A stretch of 64,000 nt of DNA from Desulfotignum sp. (GTDB taxonomy: Bacteria > Desulfobacterota > Desulfobacteria > Desulfobacterales > Desulfobacteraceae): positions 5,995 to 69,994 of the forward strand of contig JAABUD010000253.1 of the NCBI GenBank assembly GCA_011389555.1. Reading direction: 5' to 3'. The position numbers and the translations under genes are program-made. The first letter of the stretch is position 1. The number at the start of each line of letters is the position of its first letter. The notes below the pieces were generated by a model. That model made no database searches, had not been told where the DNA came from, and was given only the letters and a program-made list of their open reading frames with translations. Shown in pieces: positions 28,261-37,886 of the stretch.

Positions 28261-31200
28261 ATGGAATCAAAAAAAACCGGATCAGTGGTGGTGATCGGCG
28301 GCGGTATATCCGGCATGCTCTCGGCACTGGATCTTGCGAACTCCGGATTTTATGTCTATCTGGTGGAAAAAGGCCCGTCCATCGGCGGTGTCATGGCCCA
28401 GCTGGACAAGACTTTTCCAACCAATGACTGTGCCATGTGAATTATCTCACCCACACTGGTCGAGGTCGGCCGGCATTTAAACATTGAGTTGTTAACCCTT
28501 TCCGAAGTTCAGAACATCACCGGTGAAAAAGGCGATTTCCAGGTGGAAATCCTCAAGAAACCCCGGTATGTCAGAGAAGACCGCTGTATTGCCTGCGGGG
28601 CCTGTACGGAAAAGTGCCCGGGCAAATTCGATGACGGATACAATGCGGACCTGATAACCCGAACCGCCATTTATGTGGAATATCCCCAGGCAGTGCCGTT
28701 GAAATACGCCATCAATCCGGACGTCTGTTTGAAATTGACCAAGGACAAATGCGGTACGTGTCAAGAGGTGTGTCCGGCAGATGCCATCGATTACACCATG
28801 ACCGAAGAAACGGTCACCATCGATGCCGGGTCCATTATTCTGGCTCCCGGGTACAAACCGTTCGATCCGTCCCGGTTTGACAATTATCAATATGCCCAAT
28901 TCGCCAATGTGGTGACATCCATGGAGTTTGAGCGGATTTTGTCGGCCACCGGTCCGACCATGGGGCATGTGACCACGTTTCCGAAACTGCCTGTCAAACC
29001 CAAGAAGAAAAAAGACAAACTGCTGGCGGAAAAACGCAAGGATCCCAAAAAGATCGCCTGGTTTCAATGCGTGGGCTCCAGGGATGTCAACAAATGCGAC
29101 AACCCCTATTGTTCCTCGGTCTGCTGCATGTACGCAGTCAAGGAAGCCATCATTGCCAAGGAACATGCGGGCAGTGATCTGGACTGCTCCATCTTTTTCA
29201 TGGACATGAGAACGCCGGGCAAGGAATTTGAAAAGTACTACCAGGAAGCCAAAGATCGTCATGGCATCCATTTTATCCGGTCCCGGGTGCACTCGGTGAC
29301 CGAAGATGCGGACACCGGGGACCTGCATATCCAGTATGTGGATGAAATGGGACAGATTGTCAAAGATACCTATGACATGATCATTTTGTCCGTGGGCCTG
29401 GAGATCACCAGGGAAACCCGTGCGTTTGCCGAAAAATTCAACATCGATCTCACGGAATCCGGGTTTGCCAAAACTGGCTCCTTTGAACCGGTGACCACTT
29501 CCAGGGACGGGATCTATGTGTCCGGGGTATTCAACAATCCCAAGGATATCCCCGAATCGGTCCTGGATGCATCGGCTGCCGCGTCGGCTGCCGGTGATTC
29601 CCTGGCTGACGTCAGAAACACCCTGACCCGAGAGTTTCCGGTGGTGGAAGAAACCAATGTGGTGGGAGACCGGCCCAGCATCGGTGTGTTCATCTGTGAC
29701 TGCGGTTCCAATATTGCGGGGGTGGTGGACTGCCCCGGTGTCACTGAATACGCGGCCACCCTGCCCTATGTCACCGTGGCCGAAGAAACCACGTATGCGT
29801 GCAGCCAGGATGCCCAGGACAAGATGGTGGAAATCATCCGGGAAAAAGGATTGAACCGCATCGTGGTGGCGGCCTGTACCCCGAAAACCCATGAGCCGCT
29901 GTTCCAGGAAACCCTGAAGAGCGCAGGGCTGAACAAATACCTGTTCGAGATGACCAACATCCGGAACCATAACTCCTGGGTTCATAAAAACAACCCGGAC
30001 ATTGCCACGGAAAAAGCCAAGGACCTGGTACGCATGGCGGTTGCCAAAGCCGGCCTGGCCCAGCCCCTGAAAGAGGAAAAAATCCAGGTCAATGCATCGG
30101 TCATGGTGGTGGGCGGCGGCCTGGCCGGCCTGACCGCCGCCAGAAGCCTGGCGTTTCAAGGGTATGAAACCCATATCATCGAGAAAAAAGACAGGCTGGG
30201 CGGTGAGGCCCTCAAATTGTGGAAAACCGCCCAGGGCGAGGATGTGCAGCATCATCTGTCCGCCCTGATCGACGATATCCAGACCAACGAAAACATCGTT
30301 GTACATACAAACACCACCCTGGAAGGGGTGGACGGGTTTGTGGGGAATTTCACCTCGAAACTGAACACCGATGGAAAAACCACGGAACTGGAACACGGGA
30401 TTGCGGTCCTGGCCACGGGTGCCAAGGCCCTGGAACCCACGGAATACAGTTTCGGTCAGGATGACCGTATTATCCGGACCCTGGATCTGGACAAAATGTT
30501 CAGGGAAAACGATCCGAAACTGGATGCGGTCAAGTCGGCCGTGTTCATCCAGTGCGTGGGGTCCAGAGAACCGGAACGGCCGTATTGTTCCAGGGTGTGC
30601 TGTACCCATTCCGTGGACAACGCCATTGCACTCAAGGAAAAGAACCCTGAGATGGACGTGTTTATCCTTTATCGGGATATCCGGACGTATGGAGAACGGG
30701 AACTGCTGTATAAAAAGGCCAGGGAAAAAGGGGTGATTTTCATCCGGTATGATGTCACGGACAAACCCGAGGTAACAGTGGAAAAAGACTATGTGGCCGT
30801 GACCCTCAAAGACCATGTACTCAATCAGCCCATCACCATCCATGCGGATCTGCTGACCCTGGCCGCTGCCCTGGTACCCAGAAAAGATGAACGCCTGGCC
30901 AATTTCTTCAAGGTGCCCCTGAATGACGAAGGGTTTTTCGTTGAAAAACACGCCAAACTGGGACCGGCGGAATTTGCCACGGACGGGGTGTTTGTGGCGG
31001 GTTCCGGCCATTATCCCAAACCGGTGAACGAAGCCATCACCCAGGGACGGGCCGCAGCATCCCGTGCCCTGACCCTGCTGGCCAAAAAAGACAGCCTGTT
31101 CACCTCCGGCACCATCGCCAGTGTGGATGTTGAAAAATGTTCCGCCTGCGGTGTGTGTGTGTCCATCTGTCCCTACAATGCCCCGTCATTTATGACCGAA

Positions 31201-31353
31201 GGCCGGTTTGAAGGCAAAGCCGATATCAATGCCGTACTGTGCAAAGGCTGCGGCCTGTGTGTGGCATCCTGCCGTTCCGGTGCCATCCATCTGCGGGGAT
31301 TTGATACCAACCAGATTTTTTCACAGATTTTTGCCCTGGGTGAAACCGCTTAA
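28261..31353 (+). CDS. hdrA: Selenocysteine-containing large HdrA-like flavoprotein (1030 aa, Sec60)
   Basis: ORFs 28219-28440 and 28489-31353 share one frame, joined by TGA at 28438-28440 in [16 protein letters not shown]; the paralogue at 54506 has TNNCDLCTVSP. Two GGGxxG FAD sites, two QCVGSR/YCS..CC motifs, ferredoxin motifs, RBS CAGGAG. Confidence 0.93.
28456..28473 (+). promoter_or_regulatory. Bacterial SECIS-like hairpin in hdrA
   Basis: CTGGTCG-AGGT-CGGCCGG, 7-bp stem with two G-U pairs; G-containing loop starts 22 nt after the UGA. Confidence 0.75.
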
Positions 31354-31368
31354 AGGAGAAACAATCAC

Positions 31369-31794
31369 ATGACCGAAAAAAATATTAACATCGTCAGTTT
31401 TCTGTGCAACTGGTGCTCCTATGGGGCAGCAGATCTGGCAGGAGTGAGCCGGATGGAGTACCCGGCCGATATCCGGGTGATCCGGATCCCCTGCTCCGGC
31501 CGCATGAGCCCGAAATTCATTTTGTCCGCACTCCGGGAAGGCGCGGATGCCGTGTGGGTATCCGGGTGACATCCGGGTGAATGTCATTACCTGGATGGTA
31601 ATTATTATGCACGGCGCAAATTTGCCATGATGGGCAACCTGCTGGAACATATGGGGATCGATCGGGACCGGGTCCATTTTTCCTGGATCTCTTCGGCCGA
31701 GGCCACCAAGTTCGTGGATGTGGTCAAAGAAATTTCCGAGAAGGTCAGAGCCCTGGGGCCCAACAAAAAATTTGTCAAAGATTACAATAAATAA
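31369..31794 (+). CDS. flxD: Selenocysteine-containing MvhD/FlxD [2Fe-2S] subunit (141 aa, Sec67)
   Basis: Reading through TGA 31567-31569 gives [23 protein letters not shown]...[10 protein letters not shown]...ALGPN to TAA at 31794; the paralogue at 54065 has VYVAGCLDGDCHY. Confidence 0.93.
31586..31602 (+). promoter_or_regulatory. Bacterial SECIS-like hairpin in flxD/mvhD
   Basis: ATTACC-TGGAT-GGTAAT perfect 6-bp stem; loop starts 22 nt after the UGA, the same spacing as in hdrA. Confidence 0.78.
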
Positions 31795-31805
31795 AGGTGT
31801 GAACT

Positions 31806-32768
31806 ATGGATACCTGTATTGAAAAAATAAGGGCCATTGGTGCGGACCTGCTGGCCAGGGGCACGGTGGAAAAAGTGATCGGGTTTGCCGGCGGCTCCAT
31901 TCCCATGGCCGCCCGGCCCGTGGCTGTAACCTCTGATAAAGATGTGGGCAAACTGGTTTTCAACTCGGTATGCGGTCTCAATCTGGCCAATTATGTCTCG
32001 AAAAACAGCTTGTCAAAAAAAGAGGGAAAAATCGCTGTGGTGGCCAAAGGCTGTGATGCCAGAAACCTGGTCACCCATATCGTGGAAAATCAGATTTCCC
32101 GGGAACAGATCTATATCATCGGGGTGCCCTGCACCGGCATGGTGGACAAACGAAAGATTGCGGCTTTGTTTGAAGATGAAATCACGGGATTTGAAGAAGA
32201 CGGCGATACGTTGACCATCACATCCGCTTCAAAGACGGAAACGGTGAAAAAAGCGGATGTACTGCGGCACAACTGCCGGGTATGCACCCATCGGAATCCG
32301 CCGGTCTATGATGTGATGGCCGGGGACCCCGTGGAAGAACAGACCCTGGATCAGCCCTATGCGGACGTGGACCGGATCGCTGCCATGGATCCGGATGCCC
32401 GGTGGGCCTATTTCGAAAAACTCACGGAAAACTGCATCCGGTGCTATGCCTGTCGGAATGCCTGTCCTTTGTGCTACTGCCCCACCTGTTTTGTGGACGA
32501 ATCCGGTCCCCAGTGGGTGGGGAAAGGCCAGAACGAAACTGATGTCGCCACATTTCATTTCCTGCGGGCCTTTCACTGTGCCGGCCGGTGCACCGATTGC
32601 GGGGCGTGTGTGGAAGCCTGCCCCATGGGGATCAATGTCCGGGATTTCACACGCAAGCTGAACAAGGATGCGTTGGAACTGTTTGGATGGGAAGCCGGCC
32701 TGGATCTGGAGAAACGGCCGCCGCTGGATGTTTACAGCCCGAATGATCCCAATGATTTTATCAAGTAA
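31806..32768 (+). CDS. flxC: FlxC-like 4Fe-4S dicluster protein
   Basis: CIRCYACRNACPLCYC and HCAGRCTDCGACVEACP; position within hdrA-flx. Confidence 0.82.
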   Translation: MDTCIEKIRAIGADLLARGTVEKVIGFAGGSIPMAARPVAVTSDKDVGKLVFNSVCGLNLANYVSKNSLSKKEGKIAVVAKGCDARNLVTHIVENQISREQIYIIGVPCTGMVDKRKIAALFEDEITGFEEDGDTLTITSASKTETVKKADVLRHNCRVCTHRNPPVYDVMAGDPVEEQTLDQPYADVDRIAAMDPDARWAYFEKLTENCIRCYACRNACPLCYCPTCFVDESGPQWVGKGQNETDVATFHFLRAFHCAGRCTDCGACVEACPMGINVRDFTRKLNKDALELFGWEAGLDLEKRPPLDVYSPNDPNDFIK

Positions 32769-32779
32769 ACAAGAAGGGT

Positions 32780-33838
32780 ATGTATATGAATTTCATTACA
32801 ATTGATAAAAAAGACTGGACCCCGGGGATAGATCGATCCAGAAGCACCTTTCGGATCTATGGTCCTGTTCAGGATGAAAACGGCTGCCAGATCAAGCCCC
32901 TGGAGCCGGATACGCATCCGGAAATGGATGCCGCCGTCACGGTGATGTCACCCAAATCCGTGCTGTTTCCCCAGACGGAAAAAATACTGACCGCCACCCT
33001 GGATGACTCACAGGCGGACCATCATGTCATGAAGCCCGTGGAAACCGATGATATGCCCCGGGTGGTGCTGGGGATCCGGCCCTATGATGCCAAAGCCGTG
33101 CAGCTGGTGAAACTCAATTTCGACAATCCGGATTATCAGGATCCCTACTGGTGTGCGGCCTATGCAGCCACCACCTTTGTGGGGCTGGGTGTGACCCGTC
33201 CCGGACCGTGTGATTTTTCAACCGCCGCCGGATGCGGCCCGTTCAGTGAAGACGGGCTGGATGTGCTGATGGCGGATATGGATGACAGATATCTGGCCAA
33301 GATATTGACCGAAAAAGGGGAAAAATGGGCCGGGGCCTGTGGATTTGATACAACAGCGGATGCCAAGGAAAGCCAGGCCCTGTTCGATATCCTGAGAAAA
33401 GAAGCGGAAAACCAGATTCAGACCGACGTGGCCACAGACCAGCTGGCAAAAAAGAACCTTTTGGAGTTGTATGACGCCCCGTTCTGGGATGAGGTGGCTT
33501 TTTCCTGCATCAACTGCGGGACCTGTACGTTTGTGTGTCCCACCTGCTGGTGTTTCGACATTCAGGATGAAACCCGGAACAATACGGCGGTGCGGTTTCG
33601 TAACTGGGACTCCTGCATGTCCCCGTTGTTCACCCATCACGCATCCGGCCATAATCCGAGAGGCACCCGTGTCCATCGGGTCAGACAGCGGTTCATGCAT
33701 AAACTCAAATATTTTCTGGACAAATACGACCAGGGAATCATGTGCGTGGGATGCGGCCGGTGTGTGGCTTCCTGTCCGGTGAATATCGATATCCGGGAGG
33801 TATGCAACCGGATGAATGATTATGAGACAACCAAATAG
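32780..33838 (+). CDS. flxB: FlxB-like (AsrA/HydB family) 4Fe-4S protein
   Basis: SPKSVLFPQ, CINCGTCTFVCPTCWCF, RNWDSC, RQRFMHK, CVGCGRCVASCP. Confidence 0.85.
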   Translation: MYMNFITIDKKDWTPGIDRSRSTFRIYGPVQDENGCQIKPLEPDTHPEMDAAVTVMSPKSVLFPQTEKILTATLDDSQADHHVMKPVETDDMPRVVLGIRPYDAKAVQLVKLNFDNPDYQDPYWCAAYAATTFVGLGVTRPGPCDFSTAAGCGPFSEDGLDVLMADMDDRYLAKILTEKGEKWAGACGFDTTADAKESQALFDILRKEAENQIQTDVATDQLAKKNLLELYDAPFWDEVAFSCINCGTCTFVCPTCWCFDIQDETRNNTAVRFRNWDSCMSPLFTHHASGHNPRGTRVHRVRQRFMHKLKYFLDKYDQGIMCVGCGRCVASCPVNIDIREVCNRMNDYETTK

Positions 33839-33859
33839 CGAACATCAAGGAGAACTCAC

Positions 33860-34705
33860 ATGGAAAACCCCTATATGCCGTATCCGGTTCGCATTGATGA
33901 TATTGAAGTGGCAACGGAAGACAAATCCCTGAAAACCTTTACCTTTGTTTTTGTAAACCCGGAAGATGAAGAAAAATTTGCCTACAAAGCCGGGCAGTTT
34001 GCCGAACTGTCCATTCCCGGTGTCGGCGAGATTCCCATCGGTATCGCTTCATCTCCGGTGGAAAAGGGATTTGTCAAATTCACGGTATTTCGGACCGGCG
34101 TGGTCACCACCCATCTTCACAACATGAAGAAAGGGGATATCATGGGCATCAGAGGGCCTTTGGGCAACTGGTACCCCTGGGACAAACTGGAAAACAAGAA
34201 TGTGGTCATCATCGGCGGTGGATTCGCGTTTACAACCTTGCGGTCCTCCATTGTCTATATGCTGGATCCGGCCAACCGGAAAAAATTCAACAACATCGAC
34301 GTGGTCTATGGGGCCCGGTCCCCCGGAATGCTGTTATACCGGGAGGAACTGTTCGACTGGGAAAAGCGGGATGATATCAACATGCATATCACCGTGGACG
34401 GCACCGATGATCCCGACTGGAAATATCATACCGGGTTTGTGCCCCAGGTGGTGGAGGATAACGCACCGGTTGCGGATGAAGACACGTTTGCCATTGTGTG
34501 CGGCCCGCCCATCATGATCAAATTCACCCAGCCGGCGTTGACCAAACTGGGATATCAGCCTCACCAGATTATCATGTCTCTGGAAAACCGGATGAAGTGC
34601 GGGATCGGTATGTGCGGACGGTGCAATATCGGCAGGGAACTGGTGTGTAAAGACGGGCCGGTATTCACCCTGGAAGAGATCAACCAGACCCCGAAAGAAT
34701 ATTGA
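33860..34705 (+). CDS. flxA: FlxA-like FAD/NAD(P)H-binding [2Fe-2S] subunit
   Basis: GQF..GEIPI, RGPLG, CGPPIM, ENRMKCGIGMCGRC...CKDGPVF. Confidence 0.87.
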   Translation: MENPYMPYPVRIDDIEVATEDKSLKTFTFVFVNPEDEEKFAYKAGQFAELSIPGVGEIPIGIASSPVEKGFVKFTVFRTGVVTTHLHNMKKGDIMGIRGPLGNWYPWDKLENKNVVIIGGGFAFTTLRSSIVYMLDPANRKKFNNIDVVYGARSPGMLLYREELFDWEKRDDINMHITVDGTDDPDWKYHTGFVPQVVEDNAPVADEDTFAIVCGPPIMIKFTQPALTKLGYQPHQIIMSLENRMKCGIGMCGRCNIGRELVCKDGPVFTLEEINQTPKEY

Positions 34706-34758
34706 AAATCCAACGGATCTGGCCGGTTATTTTTTTATGATTCAATCATGATTCTTTG

Positions 34759-34787
34759 TTGACAAGCACAGGTCGCTGAGATATGTT
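34759..34787 (+). promoter_or_regulatory. Candidate sigma70 promoter for dsrC
   Basis: TTGACA-17 nt-TATGTT, about 95 nt upstream of the ATG, which has an AGGAGG RBS. Confidence 0.6.
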
Positions 34788-34880
34788 TAGTTTTCAATTA
34801 TCGAGGCTGACCTTTAGAAGCCAAGACAGTACATGTCTTAACCTGATAGCAATATAACAATTTACAGGAGGAAAGTTTAC

Positions 34881-35198
34881 ATGGCAACAGTTGATTTTAA
34901 CGGGAAAACATTTGAAGTAGATGAGGATGGATTCCTTCTTGACTACAATTCCTATTCGGAAGAATGGGTGGATTATGTAAAAACCCAGGAAGGAATTGAG
35001 GAAATGACGGATGAGCACTGGCAGCTGGTCAAAGTGCTTCAGGACTATTATGAGAAAAACGGAATCGCTCCCATGGTTCGGGTTCTTTCCAAACTCACCA
35101 AGTTCAAGCTCAAACACATTTATGAGCTGTTTCCCTCCGGACCCGGCAAAGGAGCCTGTAAAATGGCCGGCCTGCCCAAACCAACCGGTTGTGTATAG
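34881..35198 (+). CDS. dsrC: Dissimilatory sulfite reduction protein DsrC
   Basis: 105 aa, VDEDGFL, IAPMVR, C-terminal arm GACKMAGLPKPTGCV with both conserved Cys. Confidence 0.96.
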   Translation: MATVDFNGKTFEVDEDGFLLDYNSYSEEWVDYVKTQEGIEEMTDEHWQLVKVLQDYYEKNGIAPMVRVLSKLTKFKLKHIYELFPSGPGKGACKMAGLPKPTGCV

Positions 35199-35231
35199 GT
35201 CAACAACCACTGGTTGATTTGAACTGATTTC

Positions 35232-35266
35232 AAGGCCCTGTTTACACAACAGGGCCTTTGTTGTTT
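35232..35266 (+). terminator. Intrinsic terminator after dsrC
   Basis: AAGGCCCTGTT-TACAC-AACAGGGCCTT, an 11-bp perfect stem followed by a T-rich tail. Confidence 0.8.
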
Positions 35267-35317
35267 ATCGACCGATTTTTCTTTTGACTTACACCATACC
35301 CCCCCCAGGATTGATGC

Positions 35318-35773
35318 ATGAATACCATCGGCGAGACAGACAGAGCCATCCTCAACACGATACAGCTGGATTTTCCCATCGATGCCCGTCCCTTTCGGGT
35401 GCTGGCGGACCAACTGGATCTTTCCGAGGAAGAACTCATTGCGCGTATTCAGGCCATGAAAGATTCGCTGGTGATCCGGCGTATCGGCGGGAACTTTGGT
35501 CCGGACCGGCTGGGATATTATTCCACCCTTTGCACGGCAAACGTGCCGGAAGAAACAATCGATCGGTTCACCCGGACTGTCAATGCGTATGCCGGTGTCA
35601 CTCACAATTACATGCGGGACCATGAGTTCAATATCTGGTTCACATTCATCGCCCCTTCCCGGGAGCAGATTGCCGATTCCCTGGAAGAGATCTCCCGGCA
35701 GACCGGGGTTTCACCCATATTGAATCTGCCCGCAACCCGGGTTTTCAAAATTTCCGCCAATTTCAAGTTATGA
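35318..35773 (+). CDS. ahbA: Siroheme decarboxylase subunit alpha (AhbA/NirD-like, Lrp/AsnC fold)
   Basis: IQLDFPIDARPF, VIRRIG, STLC, GVTHNYMR..FNIWFT. Confidence 0.85.
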   Translation: MNTIGETDRAILNTIQLDFPIDARPFRVLADQLDLSEEELIARIQAMKDSLVIRRIGGNFGPDRLGYYSTLCTANVPEETIDRFTRTVNAYAGVTHNYMRDHEFNIWFTFIAPSREQIADSLEEISRQTGVSPILNLPATRVFKISANFKL

Positions 35774-36588
35774 AACCGGTGACCCTGTGTCTGGCCATCG
35801 TCACCTGCTTGTGCAACCGGTTTACAGACAATCTGACCACCTGTCTCGATATCATTTCGACGGCCGCCCGCAAAGGGTCGGATCTGGTGATATTTCCGGA
35901 AATGACCCTTACCGGGTACGGCACGGATCATCTGTTTTCCGAACGTATTTTCCCCATCGATTCCGGTTTGATCCGAACATTCGCCCGGCTGTCTGATCAA
36001 TTGAACATAGCGATTCTGGTCGGTCTGGCCGAAAAGGTGAATGAGCGGATGTTTGGATCTCATCTGGTATTCACCCCCCATACCCCATACGGCACATATC
36101 AGAAACTGCATATTGCGCCCAATGAACAGGGTCTTTTCACGCCGGGGACCCGAATTCCATTGTTCGAGCATGCCCGGATCCGATTCGGGATCCAGCTTTG
36201 TTATGATGCCCATTTTCCGGAACTGTCCACAGCCATGGCCTTACAGGGGGCGGATCTCATTGTTTTGCCCCATGCGTCTCCCCGGGGGACGAAACAAGAC
36301 AAGTTCAGTTCCTGGATGCGGCACCTGCCGGCCCGGGCATTTGACAACGGGGTGTTTGTCGCGGCCGTGAACCAGACCGGGGATAATGGGGCGGGACTGA
36401 CATTTCCGGGCCTGTCCGTGGTGATCGGACCGGACGGCAAACTGATTTCCCGGAGGTTGTCCAGTAAAAATCATCTGCATTTTGTCACACTGGATCCAAA
36501 ACAGCTTGCGCATGTCCGGTCTCACCGCATGCGGTATTTTCTGCCTCACCGGCGCAGGGACCTGTTTCCGGTTACGCCTATTGATTGA
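35770..36588 (+). CDS. Nitrilase-related carbon-nitrogen hydrolase
   Basis: Glu-Lys-Cys triad: FPEM, YQKLH, LCYDAHFPE. Confidence 0.9.
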   Translation: MKPVTLCLAIVTCLCNRFTDNLTTCLDIISTAARKGSDLVIFPEMTLTGYGTDHLFSERIFPIDSGLIRTFARLSDQLNIAILVGLAEKVNERMFGSHLVFTPHTPYGTYQKLHIAPNEQGLFTPGTRIPLFEHARIRFGIQLCYDAHFPELSTAMALQGADLIVLPHASPRGTKQDKFSSWMRHLPARAFDNGVFVAAVNQTGDNGAGLTFPGLSVVIGPDGKLISRRLSSKNHLHFVTLDPKQLAHVRSHRMRYFLPHRRRDLFPVTPID

Positions 36589-37384
36589 CCTGCATGCGCC
36601 GATTCTGGATATAGGCATCCCGGATCGCCACATATGGATCCAGTGCGGCTTTTTTCAGGCGTTCATAGTCTCCGATACGAAACGAGGTCCGGTTGACGAT
36701 GTCCAGGACATCGAGTCCCAGTTCCAGTTCCCAGGAACCGACATGGTCGATTGGATCGAACACGAAATAATCACCTGCCCGGCCGATTGCATCCCGAAGC
36801 GAGGACGGTCCCAACACCGGTAACACCAGGTAAAACCCCTCTTTGATGCCGTAAGTTCCCAGGGTCTGCCCCAGATCTTCTTTTTGGGTGTGCATGTCCA
36901 GATATTTCTGCGCCACCTGGTTGAACCCCAGAATCCCGGCAGTGGAGTTGACCAGAAAAATACCGAATTCATCCGAGGCCTGTTCCAGCTTCCACTGCAG
37001 CAGATTGTTTACAAACCGGACCGGAAACATCAGATTATGGAAAAAGTTGCGGATTCCTTTTCGGGCCGGTGTGGGCATCACGGTCTTATAACCGGTGGCA
37101 ATGGGTTTGAGCACATAAAAGTACACGTTGTCGTTCACCACATACATGGCGTAGTTGAAATAATAGAACGGATCCGCCACAGGGTCGATGGCATTGTCGG
37201 CCGAGCTTTCTTCAAAGAAATCCTCTTCAAAAAAATCATCGGATGAGGATGGATCGGTGTCTTGTTCTGATTGTTGCACGGTGTCTTGCTTCTGGGCAGA
37301 AGAGGACTGGGACCATGCCGGTGATCCCAGACCGGTGATGACACAGAGTACCAAAATGAGCATCCAAACATGTGTGTATTTCAT
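36578..37384 (-). CDS. mlaA: VacJ/MlaA family protein
   Basis: DPFYYFN, EDLGQTLG.YG, YLVLPVLGPSSLRD, DPYVAIRDAYIQNR. Confidence 0.9.
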   Translation of the reverse strand: MKYTHVWMLILVLCVITGLGSPAWSQSSSAQKQDTVQQSEQDTDPSSSDDFFEEDFFEESSADNAIDPVADPFYYFNYAMYVVNDNVYFYVLKPIATGYKTVMPTPARKGIRNFFHNLMFPVRFVNNLLQWKLEQASDEFGIFLVNSTAGILGFNQVAQKYLDMHTQKEDLGQTLGTYGIKEGFYLVLPVLGPSSLRDAIGRAGDYFVFDPIDHVGSWELELGLDVLDIVNRTSFRIGDYERLKKAALDPYVAIRDAYIQNRRMQVNQ

Positions 37385-37433
37385 TTTTTATCCGGGCTCC
37401 TCGATGCGTTGCGTGTTACAATTCTTTTTCATT

Positions 37434-37886
37434 TCAGGAGGATTCATTGTTGAAAATAAATTTCTTGATCAATGATTCAATATCCAGGGCTGATTCCGTA
37501 TATTGGATTTCATCTCCCTCCGACAGCATGAAATCGGATCCGCCCGGCAGGATTTCAATGAATTTTTCACCGATGACGCCGGCGGTTCTGATGGAAGCGA
37601 TGCTGTCTTCCGAGACTTCAATATAACTGTCAATTTCCATTGTTACTTTTGCCACCAGATGTTTTGTGTCAATCGTGATGCCAGAAACATTACCGACCCG
37701 AACCCCTGCCAGGTCCACAGACGCTCCTTTTTTCAGGCCGGATACCGATGAAAAATACCCATGTATGGCATACCGGTCCTTAAAAAAAAGAGACATTTCT
37801 CCCACAACCAGAAACAGATATCCCGTGCAGATCAAAGTGACAATGACAAACACACCCACATAAAAATCACGTTTTCGATCGGTCAT
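37434..37886 (-). CDS. mlaD: MlaD/MCE domain protein
   Basis: N-terminal TM, SGLKKGASV..AGVRVG, IRTAGVIGEKFIEI.PG. Start reassigned to MTDRK. Confidence 0.9.
   Translation of the reverse strand: MTDRKRDFYVGVFVIVTLICTGYLFLVVGEMSLFFKDRYAIHGYFSSVSGLKKGASVDLAGVRVGNVSGITIDTKHLVAKVTMEIDSYIEVSEDSIASIRTAGVIGEKFIEILPGGSDFMLSEGDEIQYTESALDIESLIKKFIFNNESS

Noticed and set aside
28219-28488. hdrA as a pseudogene or as two genes (73 aa + 954 aa)
   Set aside because: The break is a single in-frame TGA at a conserved Cys position with a SECIS-like hairpin, so selenocysteine explains it better.
28492-31011. 839-aa antisense ORF (also 54830-57415, 11381-13663, 7077-8306, 46359-47597, 47987-49294 and similar)
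   Set aside because: Shadow frames opposite well-conserved genes; expected from codon bias at this GC content and showing no recognisable motifs.
31369-31569. Truncated 66-aa mvhD pseudogene
   Set aside because: Homology continues in frame past the TGA to 31794, with a SECIS-like hairpin.
34881-35198. TusE sulfur-relay protein rather than DsrC
   Set aside because: Both C-terminal cysteines (C-x10-C) are present, which is diagnostic of true DsrC.
35318-35773. Lrp/AsnC transcription factor regulating dsrC
   Set aside because: The FP...RPF and THNY.R motifs fit siroheme decarboxylase AhbA, and a terminator separates it from dsrC.
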